The notes under the pieces: generated by a model | Databases searched by the model: none | What the model was told of the DNA's origin: nothing | What the model saw: only the letters and a program-made list of their open reading frames with translations | Shown here: piece after piece, positions 48,600 to 58,446 of the stretch | Layout of the letters: every line of letters begins with the position of its first letter | Numbering within the stretch: the stretch's first letter is position 1 | From: Rikenellaceae bacterium | GTDB lineage: Bacteria; Bacteroidota; Bacteroidia; Bacteroidales; Rikenellaceae | NCBI GenBank assembly: GCA_047174045.1 | Contig: JBCQUJ010000003.1 | Coordinates: 38,005-102,004 of the forward strand | Direction: 5' to 3' | DNA length: 64,000 bases | Made by a program: the position numbers and the translations under genes

Positions 48600-50318
48600 A
48601 TGTTAAAGCAGAACCTTATAAAGATGTACGCAGAGAGCTTTCGCCAAAATGGCAATTTGCCAGCTTTGAGCGACTACCTCACACCTGATGACTCGTTTAC
48701 ATACTTTGAGGTGGCACAAGAGATTGCCAAGATACATATCATATTCGACAAAGCAGGCATCAACCAAGGTGACAAAATTGCACTTGTAGGGCGTAACACC
48801 CCACGTTGGTGTGTGGCATACCTAGCGACAATTACGTATGGAGCAGTGATTGTTCCGATCCTGCAAGATTTCAACAACAACGATATAATCACCATCGTGA
48901 ACCACTCGGAGAGCCGCTTGATGTTCCTTAGCGACAACTTCTGGAAGTCGATGGAGGGGTCGGATGTGCCAGCGATAGAGGCTGTGTTCTCGCTAGACAG
49001 CAACACTGCCCTATATGAGCGAAGCGGAGATGCGCTGACAACAACAGCAGCGAATATAGAACAAGAGTTTGCGGCAAAATACAGCAACGGATTTAGCAAC
49101 GACGACATTACATACCCAGAGATTGCGAACGATCGCGAGTGCCTTTTGAACTACACATCGGGAACTACGGGAAACTCGAAAGGTGTTATATTGACAGTTA
49201 ATAACCTTACAGGCAACGTGATGATTGCATCTGGGTATATCAACCCAAACACAAAGCGACCATATTTTGACAGAGGAGGTCGTTGCCTTTCGTTCCTGCC
49301 GTTGGCGCACGCATACGGATGTGCATTTGACTTCTTGACATGGATGGCAGTGGGTGGTCACGTAACACTACTTGGCCGCATACCTACACCAAAGATCCTT
49401 ATGGAGGGTCTACAGAGAGTTAAACCAACAGTTGTGTGTAGCGTGCCGATGATATTGGAGAAGATATATCGCAAGCAAATTGCACCACTTTTGGAAAAAA
49501 CATCAATGAAGATTGCGTTGAAGATTCCGGGAATACGTTCACTAATATACTCAAAGATGCACGCGAAATTAGCTGGCGCCTTTGGTGGTTGCGTAGAGGC
49601 GTTTATGATTGGTGGTGCGCCAATCAATCCGGAGACAGAGGCTTTTTTGCTAAAGATTGGTTTGCCTATCACAGTTGGTTATGGTATGACGGAGTGTGCG
49701 CCACTTATCACATTTAGTGGTCCAACAACGTTCAAGGCGCAATCGTGCGGCGCTTCACTGCTTGGCTACTCAGACGTTCGCGTTATTTCGAAAGATCCAA
49801 GAAACATACCAGGAGAGATTGAGGTGCGCGGAGAACACGTAATGGTTGGCTACTACAAGAATGAAGAGGCGACAAATGCGGCATTCACGGCGGATGGCTG
49901 GTTGATTACGGGCGACATGGGTGTTATTGAGCCAGATGGAACGCTATACATCAAAGGGCGTAGCAAGACTATGATTTTGAGTGCTAATGGGCAGAATATA
50001 TACCCGGAACAAATTGAGGATAGGCTGAATGGTATGCGCTTCGTTAGCGAATCGCTGGTTATTGAGAATGGCAATTCACTTGATGCGCTAGTAGTTCCAG
50101 ATTTGGAGGCAATGCGTATTGAGGGAGTAAGTAAGGATTCTTTGGCGGAGATTATGGCCGAGAATATGCGAGAGTTAAATAAACTTGTTGCAAACTATGA
50201 GCGCATAGCATCTATAACAATTCACGACGAGGAGTTTGTAAAGACACCAAAGAAGAGCATCAAGCGCTACCTGTACACTGCAGAACTTGTGAACTCACTA
50301 AAGAACAAGAGCAACTAA
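48600..50318 (+). CDS. Long-chain fatty-acid--CoA ligase
   Basis: YTSGTTGNSKG, GYGMTE, TGDMG, GRSK, GQNIYPE. Confidence 0.92.
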   Translation: MLKQNLIKMYAESFRQNGNLPALSDYLTPDDSFTYFEVAQEIAKIHIIFDKAGINQGDKIALVGRNTPRWCVAYLATITYGAVIVPILQDFNNNDIITIVNHSESRLMFLSDNFWKSMEGSDVPAIEAVFSLDSNTALYERSGDALTTTAANIEQEFAAKYSNGFSNDDITYPEIANDRECLLNYTSGTTGNSKGVILTVNNLTGNVMIASGYINPNTKRPYFDRGGRCLSFLPLAHAYGCAFDFLTWMAVGGHVTLLGRIPTPKILMEGLQRVKPTVVCSVPMILEKIYRKQIAPLLEKTSMKIALKIPGIRSLIYSKMHAKLAGAFGGCVEAFMIGGAPINPETEAFLLKIGLPITVGYGMTECAPLITFSGPTTFKAQSCGASLLGYSDVRVISKDPRNIPGEIEVRGEHVMVGYYKNEEATNAAFTADGWLITGDMGVIEPDGTLYIKGRSKTMILSANGQNIYPEQIEDRLNGMRFVSESLVIENGNSLDALVVPDLEAMRIEGVSKDSLAEIMAENMRELNKLVANYERIASITIHDEEFVKTPKKSIKRYLYTAELVNSLKNKSN

Positions 50319-50342
50319 CACTACCCTACGGGGAGGAGATAT

Positions 50343-50378
50343 AGAGCAGCCGTGCGAATGCACGGCTGCTCTGTTTTT
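50343..50378 (+). terminator. Rho-independent terminator
   Basis: AGAGCAGCCGTGC-gaat-GCACGGCTGCTCT followed by a T-run. Confidence 0.9.
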
Positions 50379-50432
50379 ATATGCATTGGCAGCAAAAACA
50401 CACTACCCACCACAACACACACTGGCAGGTGA

Positions 50433-51338
50433 TTACTTCTGCTTGAAACGAGATGGCGAAACGCCTGTGTGCTGCTTGAAATATTTACCGAAGAATGACT
50501 GCGTAGCGAAATTCAACTCCCTAGCAATCTCATTAATAGAAAGACCAGAGTAGATCAAAAGAGCCTTAGCCTCAAGAATAACAGACTCATCGATCCACCT
50601 AGCAGCAGTCTTACCGCTGATCTCCTTAACGACAGCCGACAAATACTTAGTCGAAATATCCAACTTATCGGCATAGAACTGAACATTGCGCTCCTGCTTA
50701 TTATGCTTATGCAGCAAAAGCATAAACTCATCGAAAATAACCTCACCGCGACCCTTCTTGACAATATCGCCGCGCTGCTGGCGCTGATTAAGATCAGTCA
50801 AGATATAGAACATAGTAGTGAAAAGCGTGCGGATGATCTCAGCCTTATGCTGCTCCTTATCGCTAGCAATCATAGTCTTGATAAGCTGGAACAACTGACG
50901 AATCTCATCAACATCGCGCTGAGAAACAGACATAATAGGGTCGCGATCGAAACGCATGAAAATAGCCAACGACGTAGAGAGATCAATCTGGATAGAGTCC
51001 ATGAAACTCTTAGAAGCCGAGACAAAATATGCCTCAGCATCATCGCTACAAGAGATAGTTTGGACGATACTCTCTGGATTAATAAAGGCAATATCGCACG
51101 CCTTGACATCGTGGTGCGTAAGGTCAATAGAGATAGTTGCACTACCCTTCGTGATGACAAATGCCGCAAAGCCATTGATAGTCATAGAACGCGTCAAACT
51201 ATCACGATTGTCGGGCGTCAACTTAGTGATGACCAAATCATCAGAAAAATAGCTCGACTGCTCCAACTCTCGCTTAATACGTTGCAGCGAAACGCGGCGA
51301 AGACTCGTTGTTTGGGATGTGGTTTTCTTGCTCTTCAT
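50433..51338 (-). CDS. AraC family transcriptional regulator
   Basis: FYADKL.ISTKYLS..VK..SGK, F.TQSFFGKYFK.HTG.SP. Confidence 0.92.
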   Translation of the reverse strand: MKSKKTTSQTTSLRRVSLQRIKRELEQSSYFSDDLVITKLTPDNRDSLTRSMTINGFAAFVITKGSATISIDLTHHDVKACDIAFINPESIVQTISCSDDAEAYFVSASKSFMDSIQIDLSTSLAIFMRFDRDPIMSVSQRDVDEIRQLFQLIKTMIASDKEQHKAEIIRTLFTTMFYILTDLNQRQQRGDIVKKGRGEVIFDEFMLLLHKHNKQERNVQFYADKLDISTKYLSAVVKEISGKTAARWIDESVILEAKALLIYSGLSINEIARELNFATQSFFGKYFKQHTGVSPSRFKQK

Positions 51339-51361
51339 AACTCTATATATCTTCTATTCTT

Positions 51362-52438
51362 TTAATCCTTCATCATAACTCCGCGCATACCCGGCGAAGC
51401 GTAATCGCGGTAGCGTATACTACCCTCACTGCCTGCCGCAGCACGATCATCACTATAAATAAGGTAGACCTCGCAGCCATCGATCTGGCGCGCCAAACGC
51501 TCCGCACCCCTATCGCCTGCCGCAAGCAGCATCGTTGCATAGGCATCAGCCTCAGCACAGCTACGCGCCAAGACAGTGACCGAAAGCAACTTAGACGGAG
51601 CGCCACGACCCGTCCTTGGGTCAATTACATGGACTATACGGTCGCCATTCGGCGCGTTATAAAAACGACGGTAGTTACCAGACGTAGCCATAGCGCGCAA
51701 GGGATTAGAATGCAGAATCTCCAAACGCTTCTCATAGCTCATCTCACCCGCCAACGTCTCATCAACAGGTGTCTCGACACCTATACGCCAACCTCCGCCA
51801 CTAGGGTTACACCCGCCAAAGCGCAGCTCGCCGCCAACCTCGACAATATAATTCACACCACCCAGAGACTCGATCAACTCCGCAACCTTATCGACAGCAA
51901 AGCCCTTAGCGATAGAGTTCAAGTCGATTTGCGTATTTGGATTGCTCCTACGAAGCTTACCATCGACAATCGAGATCTTATGGTAGCCGACAAGTTGAAG
52001 CAACGAATCGACATTTGGGACCTCGATGGTCGTAGGATCAATCGTAGTGGCACTCGCACCACTACGAGCGAAGCCCCAGGCCTTGACCAACGGTGCAACA
52101 GTGACATCGTAGGTGCCGCGAGAAAGGCGGCTAATAGAGTCGGCAAGGCGCAAATTATATTCGATCCATGGAGTTAAATCATCACGCTCACCACGGTTAA
52201 TCTGGCTCAAAATAGAGTTGGGATCGAAGATAGACATCTCGCGGATCACCTGCTCATTTATGCTTTTAATACCTCTCACAAGCTCTTTAGTGCGGCGCGG
52301 AGAGATCTCAGCCTTAACATTAACAGTGCTGCCCAACATAGCATCGCTGACCGCAATAAACTGCGGCTCGCCATCGCCACACCCACACAAAAGGAGCGAG
52401 ACGAGAAAGATAAACGATATTCTAAATAGATGCTTCAT
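51362..52438 (-). CDS. apbE: FAD:protein FMN transferase ApbE (lipoprotein)
   Basis: Lipobox LLCGC; DVTVAPLV..WGF, DLNSIAKGFAVD, ATSGNY, HVIDPRTG. Confidence 0.92.
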   Translation of the reverse strand: MKHLFRISFIFLVSLLLCGCGDGEPQFIAVSDAMLGSTVNVKAEISPRRTKELVRGIKSINEQVIREMSIFDPNSILSQINRGERDDLTPWIEYNLRLADSISRLSRGTYDVTVAPLVKAWGFARSGASATTIDPTTIEVPNVDSLLQLVGYHKISIVDGKLRRSNPNTQIDLNSIAKGFAVDKVAELIESLGGVNYIVEVGGELRFGGCNPSGGGWRIGVETPVDETLAGEMSYEKRLEILHSNPLRAMATSGNYRRFYNAPNGDRIVHVIDPRTGRGAPSKLLSVTVLARSCAEADAYATMLLAAGDRGAERLARQIDGCEVYLIYSDDRAAAGSEGSIRYRDYASPGMRGVMMKD

Positions 52439-52564
52439 TGTTCTGATTGTCTGCTAATGTGGCAAATATAGCGAAAATTTAGGCAAAAAGGCGCAATAAA
52501 AAGAGTTTTTCGCGCAATAATGCAAGAAAAGTTGCACGAAAACAAAATTAAGCGTACTTTTGTG

Positions 52565-52614
52565 GCACGCTCTGGCGCCATTGCATTGTAAGGGTAATGC
52601 GTCGTAGAGTGTGT
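52565..52614 (+). promoter_or_regulatory. Long hairpin in the rpsO leader (candidate S15 autoregulatory element)
   Basis: Stems GCACGCTCT/AGAGTGTGT, GGCG/CGTC and CATTGC/GTAATG directly after a TACTTTTG promoter. Confidence 0.5.
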
Positions 52615-52634
52615 AAACTAAAATTTTTGAAGCT

Positions 52635-52907
52635 ATGGCTTATCTATCAACAGACAAGAAGCAAGAGATCTTCGGAAAGTACGGATCGTCTAACACCGAT
52701 ACTGGCTCACCAGAGTCACAAATCGCTCTGTTTTCATTCCGTATTGCCCACCTTACGGAGCACCTTAAGAAAAACAAGCACGATTTCGGTACGCAACGCG
52801 CACTACTTCGTCTTGTAGGAAAGCGTCGTCACCAACTTGAGTATCTTAAGAAGAATGACATCGAGCGCTACCGTGCTATCCTTAAGGAGCTTAACCTAAG
52901 AAGATAA
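52635..52907 (+). CDS. rpsO: 30S ribosomal protein S15
   Basis: DTGSPESQIA, HLKKNKHD, LVGKRR. Confidence 0.98.
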   Translation: MAYLSTDKKQEIFGKYGSSNTDTGSPESQIALFSFRIAHLTEHLKKNKHDFGTQRALLRLVGKRRHQLEYLKKNDIERYRAILKELNLRR

Positions 52908-52934
52908 TTCTTCGCCTAGGTTAACTAGAGGGTT

Positions 52935-52966
52935 AGGGAGTTGCCAATTGGGCAACTCCCTTTTTT
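52935..52966 (+). terminator. rpsO terminator
   Basis: GGGAGTTGCC-aattg-GGCAACTCCC followed by T6. Confidence 0.92.
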
Positions 52967-53055
52967 GTGATATAATAAATTAAAAAGAGAGATGATAGCA
53001 AAAAAAATGTGGCGCCCTAATGGACGCCACCTGTAATACTACGATTTAGAAGAGA

Positions 53056-53343
53056 CTAAGCCTCGCCTGCGATCTTGCTCAACTCCTCGAAAATATCGCC
53101 GAAAGATTTAACCATCTCAACACGCAAAGCAGCATAGTGCTTCTTTACCAATGAGCGGTTCTTTGGCTCCGCTGGGTTGTTAGCCTTAACGTAAAACGCA
53201 TTGCGCATATCAACAGCCTTCTGCATCAACGCAAAGATCTTCTCGCCCTTGCTTGGCTGAAAACAGATCGCCATATCACAATCGAAAACAACCTCCTCCA
53301 AGCAGTAGTCGATCTCCTTCTTCAAAATTCTAAGATTTGCCAT
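53056..53343 (-). CDS. Small hypothetical protein (Bacteroidales type)
   Basis: MANLRILKKEIDY...; has its own TACATTTG promoter and a downstream hairpin at about 53000-53030. Confidence 0.75.
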   Translation of the reverse strand: MANLRILKKEIDYCLEEVVFDCDMAICFQPSKGEKIFALMQKAVDMRNAFYVKANNPAEPKNRSLVKKHYAALRVEMVKSFGDIFEELSKIAGEA

Positions 53344-53472
53344 AACTTTTCTTTTAATATTTAGTTTGATGCAAATGTAACAATCTTTTCTCAGATTAAA
53401 AAATTGAGACACACCAAAAGAATTGACTTTGCGAAATTGTTTGTATATTTGCTTCCAGATAGAGCATAAAAA

Positions 53473-54579
53473 ATGGGACTATACAGATCGGTTATAAAAC
53501 CAATACTCTTCAATATCAACATAGAACGTGCGCACTCGCTCGCTCTAATACTGCTACGAATATCGAAGAAACTACCCTTCGCAAAGTCGATAATAAGATC
53601 GTCATACAGCGTAGAACACCCATCGCTAGAGAGGCTAGTATTTGGACGTAGATTCAAGAACCCAATAGGCGTAGCACCAGGCTTTGACATAAACGGAGAG
53701 GTCATAGGAGAGCTAGAAAACATAGGATTCGGATTCGTAGAGATAGGAGCAATAACCCCAGAACAACAGAGCGGAAATCCAAAACCAAGAGTATTCCGAT
53801 TAAAAAAGGATAACGCGATTATACATCGCCTTGGGCAACCAAACAAGGGGCTATATTCCGCAATAAACAACCTGCGCAAAAACAACGGCGAGGTGATGGT
53901 AGGCTGCAACATAGCTCGCAACAGCAATACGCTACACACAAACGCCAGCAAAGAGTATCTGAAATCGTTCAGAAACCTATATCAATATGTCGACTACTTC
54001 ACGCTATCGATAAACTACGACCACCTTGTGACAAACGAGGAGACGACAGTAGCGATGGCACTCGAACAGCTCGTATCACCTCTATTTGACTTCCGCCGCG
54101 GACAGACCGAATATAGGCCGATAATGATAAAAATATCGGCCGACATGAGTGACGAGATGATAGACACCGTGACAGATGTGATGATAGCTACCCCACTTGA
54201 CGGAATAGTTGCAATAGACGGAACAACATCGCGCCCGCAAAACCTAAACACAACGGAACGAAACGTAGCAAGCATCGGCACAGGACGACTATCGGGCGAA
54301 CCGATACGAGAACGTGCATTGGAGGTGGTAAAGCGCGTACACCATAGATCAGGCGGTGCGTACCCAATAATTGGTGTGGGGGGAATAATGAATGGCGAGG
54401 ATGCGAAAGCGATGCTAGAGGCTGGAGCGAGCCTAGTACAGGTGATGACGGGATTCATATATGGTGGCCCAGGGTTTGCAGGACAAATATGCAAAGAGCT
54501 AATCGTAAAAGAAGAGGTCGAAACACCAGAAAAAACGAATACAGAGAATGAAAGCAGCGATAGTAACGATAGGGGATGA
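53473..54579 (+). CDS. pyrD: Class 2 dihydroorotate dehydrogenase homologue with degenerate active site
   Basis: NPIGVAPGFD, GFGFVEIG, GNPKPRVFRL, LSG, IIGVGGI, GASLVQ; catalytic NxSSPN loop absent. Confidence 0.75.
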   Translation: MGLYRSVIKPILFNINIERAHSLALILLRISKKLPFAKSIIRSSYSVEHPSLERLVFGRRFKNPIGVAPGFDINGEVIGELENIGFGFVEIGAITPEQQSGNPKPRVFRLKKDNAIIHRLGQPNKGLYSAINNLRKNNGEVMVGCNIARNSNTLHTNASKEYLKSFRNLYQYVDYFTLSINYDHLVTNEETTVAMALEQLVSPLFDFRRGQTEYRPIMIKISADMSDEMIDTVTDVMIATPLDGIVAIDGTTSRPQNLNTTERNVASIGTGRLSGEPIRERALEVVKRVHHRSGGAYPIIGVGGIMNGEDAKAMLEAGASLVQVMTGFIYGGPGFAGQICKELIVKEEVETPEKTNTENESSDSNDRG

Positions 54580-55795
54580 GATCCTAATAGGTCAGATAAC
54601 AGATACAAACTCAACATTCATAGCCCAACGCCTTAGTGCGATGGGCTTTGTTGTTGGAGCAAAGATGTCAATCTCGGATAATGCAACACAGATAACAGAG
54701 GTGTTGGAGAGTTGCTTGGCTAGTTATAATCTAACAATTGTAACTGGAGGATTAGGGCCAACAAAAGATGACATAACAAAGAAGACACTAGCAAAAATGT
54801 TTGGCTGCGAAATGCGCCGCGACCAAGCAGTTGCCGACCACGTAAAAGCGATGCTAGAAGCACGCGGAATAACGTACAACGAGCTTAACCAAGAGCAATC
54901 GCTCGTACCGGAGTGCTGCCAAACGCTATTCAATGAACATGGAACAGCGCCAGGAATGTGGTTCACGGCGAACAACAGCAATGTACTAATATCATTACCG
55001 GGTGTACCTTTCGAGATGAAGGCGCTAATGACAGACGTAGTGGAGCCAAAGCTAAAAGGATCATTCGAATTGCGCGAAAGCATACACACGACAATGATAA
55101 CATCTGGCCTACCGGAATCGATGCTTGCAGAGAGAATAGAGAAATGGGAAGATGCACTACCCAACTTCTTGAAGCTGGCATACCTACCAGGTCCCGGAAG
55201 AGTGAGATTAAGACTATCAGCATACAACATAGAGAACGACAAGGCGGCGGCTGTAAAAGCGGAGATAAAAGAGCGATTCAAAGCGCTAGAAGGGCTGATT
55301 TCGGAATACATACTCGGTTTTGAAAACGCATCGATGGAGCAGATAGTTCACGACCGTCTAATAGAGAGCAACAAAACACTTGCGATAGCGGAAAGCTGCA
55401 CTGGAGGCGCTATATCCGCTGCATTCACTGCAATGGCTGGAGCATCGAAATACCTGCTGGCAGGTGTAACATCGTACAGCAACGACTCAAAAGTCAACAT
55501 ACTCGGTGTATCTGCAGCAGATATTGAACAGCACGGAGCAGTAAGCGAAACAGTAGCGATACAGATGGCCGAAGGAGTCAGAAAAATAACCGGAGCTGAC
55601 TACGCAATAGCAACCACAGGCATCGCAGGACCAGACGGAGGATCAGAAGAGAAACCAGTCGGAACAGTATACTTCGGCATTGCAACAGCAACAAGAAGCT
55701 ACGCAATACTCAAAAACTGCGGCACAGAACGAAGCCAAGTGATATGGCGCGCAACAGCTCACGCACTCACAATGTTGCGCAGCGAAATCAAATAA
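54548..55795 (+). CDS. cinA: CinA / nicotinamide-mononucleotide deamidase (PncC) protein
   Basis: IGDEIL.G...DTN, GGLGPTKDD, GTAPG, AESCTGG, TTGIAGPDGG. Confidence 0.93.
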   Translation: MKAAIVTIGDEILIGQITDTNSTFIAQRLSAMGFVVGAKMSISDNATQITEVLESCLASYNLTIVTGGLGPTKDDITKKTLAKMFGCEMRRDQAVADHVKAMLEARGITYNELNQEQSLVPECCQTLFNEHGTAPGMWFTANNSNVLISLPGVPFEMKALMTDVVEPKLKGSFELRESIHTTMITSGLPESMLAERIEKWEDALPNFLKLAYLPGPGRVRLRLSAYNIENDKAAAVKAEIKERFKALEGLISEYILGFENASMEQIVHDRLIESNKTLAIAESCTGGAISAAFTAMAGASKYLLAGVTSYSNDSKVNILGVSAADIEQHGAVSETVAIQMAEGVRKITGADYAIATTGIAGPDGGSEEKPVGTVYFGIATATRSYAILKNCGTERSQVIWRATAHALTMLRSEIK

Positions 55796-55899
55796 TTGGC
55801 AATATATTTTGCCAAACAGACAAAAATCACTATATTTGCGCATCTGTTGCCACGCACGACGCCGAAGCAATAGATGAAAAACAAATAAATTATAAACAG

Positions 55900-56133
55900 A
55901 TGAAAATTTGCGAAATCACAGGTAAAGTGGTTATGGTTGGAAACAACGTATCTCACTCACACCACAAGACAAAGCGCACGTTTAGTCCAAACTTGAAGAC
56001 AAAACGCTTTTGGTCAGAGGAAGAAGGTCGCTGGATCACTTTGAAAGTATCTGCTGCTGGAATGAAAACAATTAACAAAAAAGGACTTGCAGTAGCATTG
56101 CGCGAGGCTGTAGCTCCTAAGAAAGTTTACTAA
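55900..56133 (+). CDS. rpmB: 50S ribosomal protein L28
   Basis: MKICEITGK...[19 protein letters not shown]. Confidence 0.97.
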   Translation: MKICEITGKVVMVGNNVSHSHHKTKRTFSPNLKTKRFWSEEEGRWITLKVSAAGMKTINKKGLAVALREAVAPKKVY

Positions 56134-56147
56134 AACAAAAGGCTAAA

Positions 56148-56330
56148 ATGGCTAAAAAAGGAAACAGAGTTCAGGTAATCCTAGAGTGTACTGAGCAAAG
56201 AGAGAGTGGAGTAGCAGGAATGTCGCGTTACATCACAACAAAAAACAAGAAGAATACCCCAGACCGTATGGAGCGTAAGAAGTACAACCCATACTTGAAG
56301 AAGGTAACTCTACACCGTGAAATTAAATAG
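56148..56330 (+). CDS. rpmG: 50S ribosomal protein L33
   Basis: RVQVILECT...[20 protein letters not shown]...HREIK. Confidence 0.97.
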   Translation: MAKKGNRVQVILECTEQRESGVAGMSRYITTKNKKNTPDRMERKKYNPYLKKVTLHREIK

Positions 56331-56343
56331 TATTTAGAATAAG

Positions 56344-56499
56344 ATGGCAAAGAAAGTAGTTGCGACCCTTAAAACGGGTAACGGAAAGCAGCACACAAAG
56401 TGCATCAAGATGGTTAAGTCTGAGAAGAACGGAGCCTACATCTTCAAAGAGGCTGTAGTTCTTAACGACGAGATCAAAGATTTCTTCGAGGGTAAGTAG
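56344..56499 (+). CDS. DUF4295 family small protein
   Basis: Manual translation MAKKVVATLKTGNGKQHTKCIKMVKSEKNGAYIFKE...; usual Bacteroidetes position after rpmG. Confidence 0.9.
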   Translation: MAKKVVATLKTGNGKQHTKCIKMVKSEKNGAYIFKEAVVLNDEIKDFFEGK

Positions 56500-56504
56500 A
56501 GAAG

Positions 56505-56617
56505 AAGGCTTGATTTTAAGTAATTGGCGGGGAGGTTGACAAAAAACAACAAAGATGGCACCGAACAGATGCTAACTGAAGTTGGAAGGCGGACAATTCA
56601 TCTAAGACCAAGGGCTT
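56505..56617. ncRNA. Candidate structured RNA (6S-like architecture)
   Basis: 5' AAGGCTTGATTTTAAGTAATTG pairs with 3' CAATTCATCTAAGACCAAGGGCTT; opposed unpairable purine-rich segments; internal hairpins; followed by a terminator. Confidence 0.4.
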
Positions 56618-56620
56618 AAT

Positions 56621-56654
56621 ACAAAAGGGCATCCAAAGATTGGATGCCTTTTGT
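56621..56654 (+). terminator. Terminator after the rpmB-rpmG-DUF4295 region
   Basis: ACAAAAGGGCATCCAA-aga-TTGGATGCCTTTTGT. Confidence 0.85.
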
Positions 56655-56736
56655 GTATCTATATATCTGGATTGGCGATATTTACACTATCTTTGTATGA
56701 CAAAACCAATGTTGAGATATTGAAAATTACAGAGCA

Positions 56737-57552
56737 ATGAAATATAAAGTTATAGTACTGGACCTGGACGGAACGTTAATGAATAGCGAGAAGAACCTAT
56801 CCGAAGAGAACCGAAGCACACTAATTGAGCTGCAAAAGCAGGGAACACGAGTGATGCTAGCATCTGGCAGACCTACATACGGAATAATGCCAGTGGCGCA
56901 AAAGCTTGAATTGGAGAAATACAACGGATATATACTCGCGTACAACGGATGCGAAGTAATAGAGTGCGCAACGATGAAAACGCTGCACAAAAATGCAGTC
57001 AACAAGGATTTTCACAAAAAAATATACGACCTGACAAAAGCCGAAGGTTGCACACTGCTTACTTACCTAGATGAGGTTATCGTAACGGAGAACAACGAAG
57101 ACAAATATGTGCAGTACGAAGCAAACCTAAACAGAATGGAGGTTCGCAAGGTTGAAAACCTTCTTCAGACACTAGTAGAAAGGGATGCAGAGCCATGCAA
57201 ACTGCTAGCTGTCGGAGAGCCAGAGAACATCATAAAACTACAAGAGAAGATAAATGCAGAGTGTGGTACACAAATATGTGCATTTCGTTCTGAGCCATTC
57301 TTCCTTGAGATTGTACCGCTAAACATAGACAAAGGTGCGACCCTCAACAAGCTATTCCCTATGCTTGGCGTGACCAAAGAGCAGACGATTGGATTTGGCG
57401 ACGGATTCAACGACATAACAATGATCGAAGCGGTTGGTTGCGGTGTCGCAATGAGCAACGCGCAACAAGAGTTGAAAGATATTGCACAAGCTACTACCCT
57501 ATCAAATGATGAAGATGGTGTGGCACACTACATAAAGCAAAATCTGATTTAA
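56737..57552 (+). CDS. Cof-type HAD-IIB hydrolase
   Basis: DLDGTL, ASGR, DKG, FGDGFND. Confidence 0.93.
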   Translation: MKYKVIVLDLDGTLMNSEKNLSEENRSTLIELQKQGTRVMLASGRPTYGIMPVAQKLELEKYNGYILAYNGCEVIECATMKTLHKNAVNKDFHKKIYDLTKAEGCTLLTYLDEVIVTENNEDKYVQYEANLNRMEVRKVENLLQTLVERDAEPCKLLAVGEPENIIKLQEKINAECGTQICAFRSEPFFLEIVPLNIDKGATLNKLFPMLGVTKEQTIGFGDGFNDITMIEAVGCGVAMSNAQQELKDIAQATTLSNDEDGVAHYIKQNLI

Positions 57553-57623
57553 CTTTATATACACACTTACATCATATCTAACCGCACAAAAAAAGACCAC
57601 TTTAATAAGTGACCTTTTCTCTG

Positions 57624-57698
57624 TCGGGGTACCAGGATTCGAACCTGGGACCCTCTGCTCCCAAAGCAGATACGCTAACCGGACTGCGCTACACCCCG
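57624..57698 (-). tRNA. tRNA-Pro(TGG)
   Basis: Minus strand CGGGGTGTAGCGCAGTCCGGTTAGCG-TATCTGC TT TGG GA GCAGA...GGTTCGAATCC...ACCCCGA; CCA not encoded. Confidence 0.97.
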
Positions 57699-57781
57699 CC
57701 TTAAATCTTGCACTGCAAATATAGAGGTAATTTCTTAATTACGCAAAAAAAGTGACGGTTTTTTCTCTAAAAAATGCAATA

Positions 57782-58417
57782 TTATTGAAAAAACTCCTCA
57801 AAAACGGGATTTAGATCCTCTTTTGCCTCTGCTAAATATACATTTAAGCCAAAATCGCGACCCACCTCAATATTCTTTTCGCTATCATCAATGAAGAATG
57901 CTTCATTCGGCTCAATGCCAGAATCAGAGATCAACAACTCATAAATCTTACGCTCCGGTTTCATAGAACCCATCTGAAACGAAAGATACATCTCATCGAA
58001 ATAATCAGCCGCACACTTGCCGTCAGCCTCAAAGAAGCTCAAAACACGAGGCAAAACCATCTCATTGATATTCGACAAAGCCAAAATCCTATACCCGGCA
58101 CTCTTCAACTTAGCCATCAAACGCAATTTCTCAACCGGAATACCAACCACAAGCGCGCCATAAGCCTCCGTGATCTGCTCGTTAGTCATATCGACACCTG
58201 CCATTTCACGCATCTTATCGCACAACTGCTCCTTTGAGATCTCTCCGCGCTCCAGCTCCCCAACTATACCAGAAGGGTGGTAGCAACTAATCAACTTATC
58301 GGCACCGTGAAAACCGATAGCCTTAAAAGCATCCATACACGCAGGATAGTCCAAATCGACAAGGACGCCTCCGATATCAAATATGATTGTATTTATCTTA
58401 CTACTAAAATTAGCCAT
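57782..58417 (-). CDS. HAD-IA family phosphatase (YihX-like)
   Basis: FDIGGVL, LSN, KP, FIDD. Confidence 0.9.
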   Translation of the reverse strand: MANFSSKINTIIFDIGGVLVDLDYPACMDAFKAIGFHGADKLISCYHPSGIVGELERGEISKEQLCDKMREMAGVDMTNEQITEAYGALVVGIPVEKLRLMAKLKSAGYRILALSNINEMVLPRVLSFFEADGKCAADYFDEMYLSFQMGSMKPERKIYELLISDSGIEPNEAFFIDDSEKNIEVGRDFGLNVYLAEAKEDLNPVFEEFFQ

Positions 58418-58446
58418 ATCAATCTAACGAATATAAACCTAAAATA

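Noticed and set aside
50703-51365. Long antisense ORFs (this 220-aa one; also 4394-4981, 35678-36259, 54015-54617, 59595-60134)
   Set aside because: They shadow well-supported genes on the opposite strand and are explained by codon bias; no motifs of their own.
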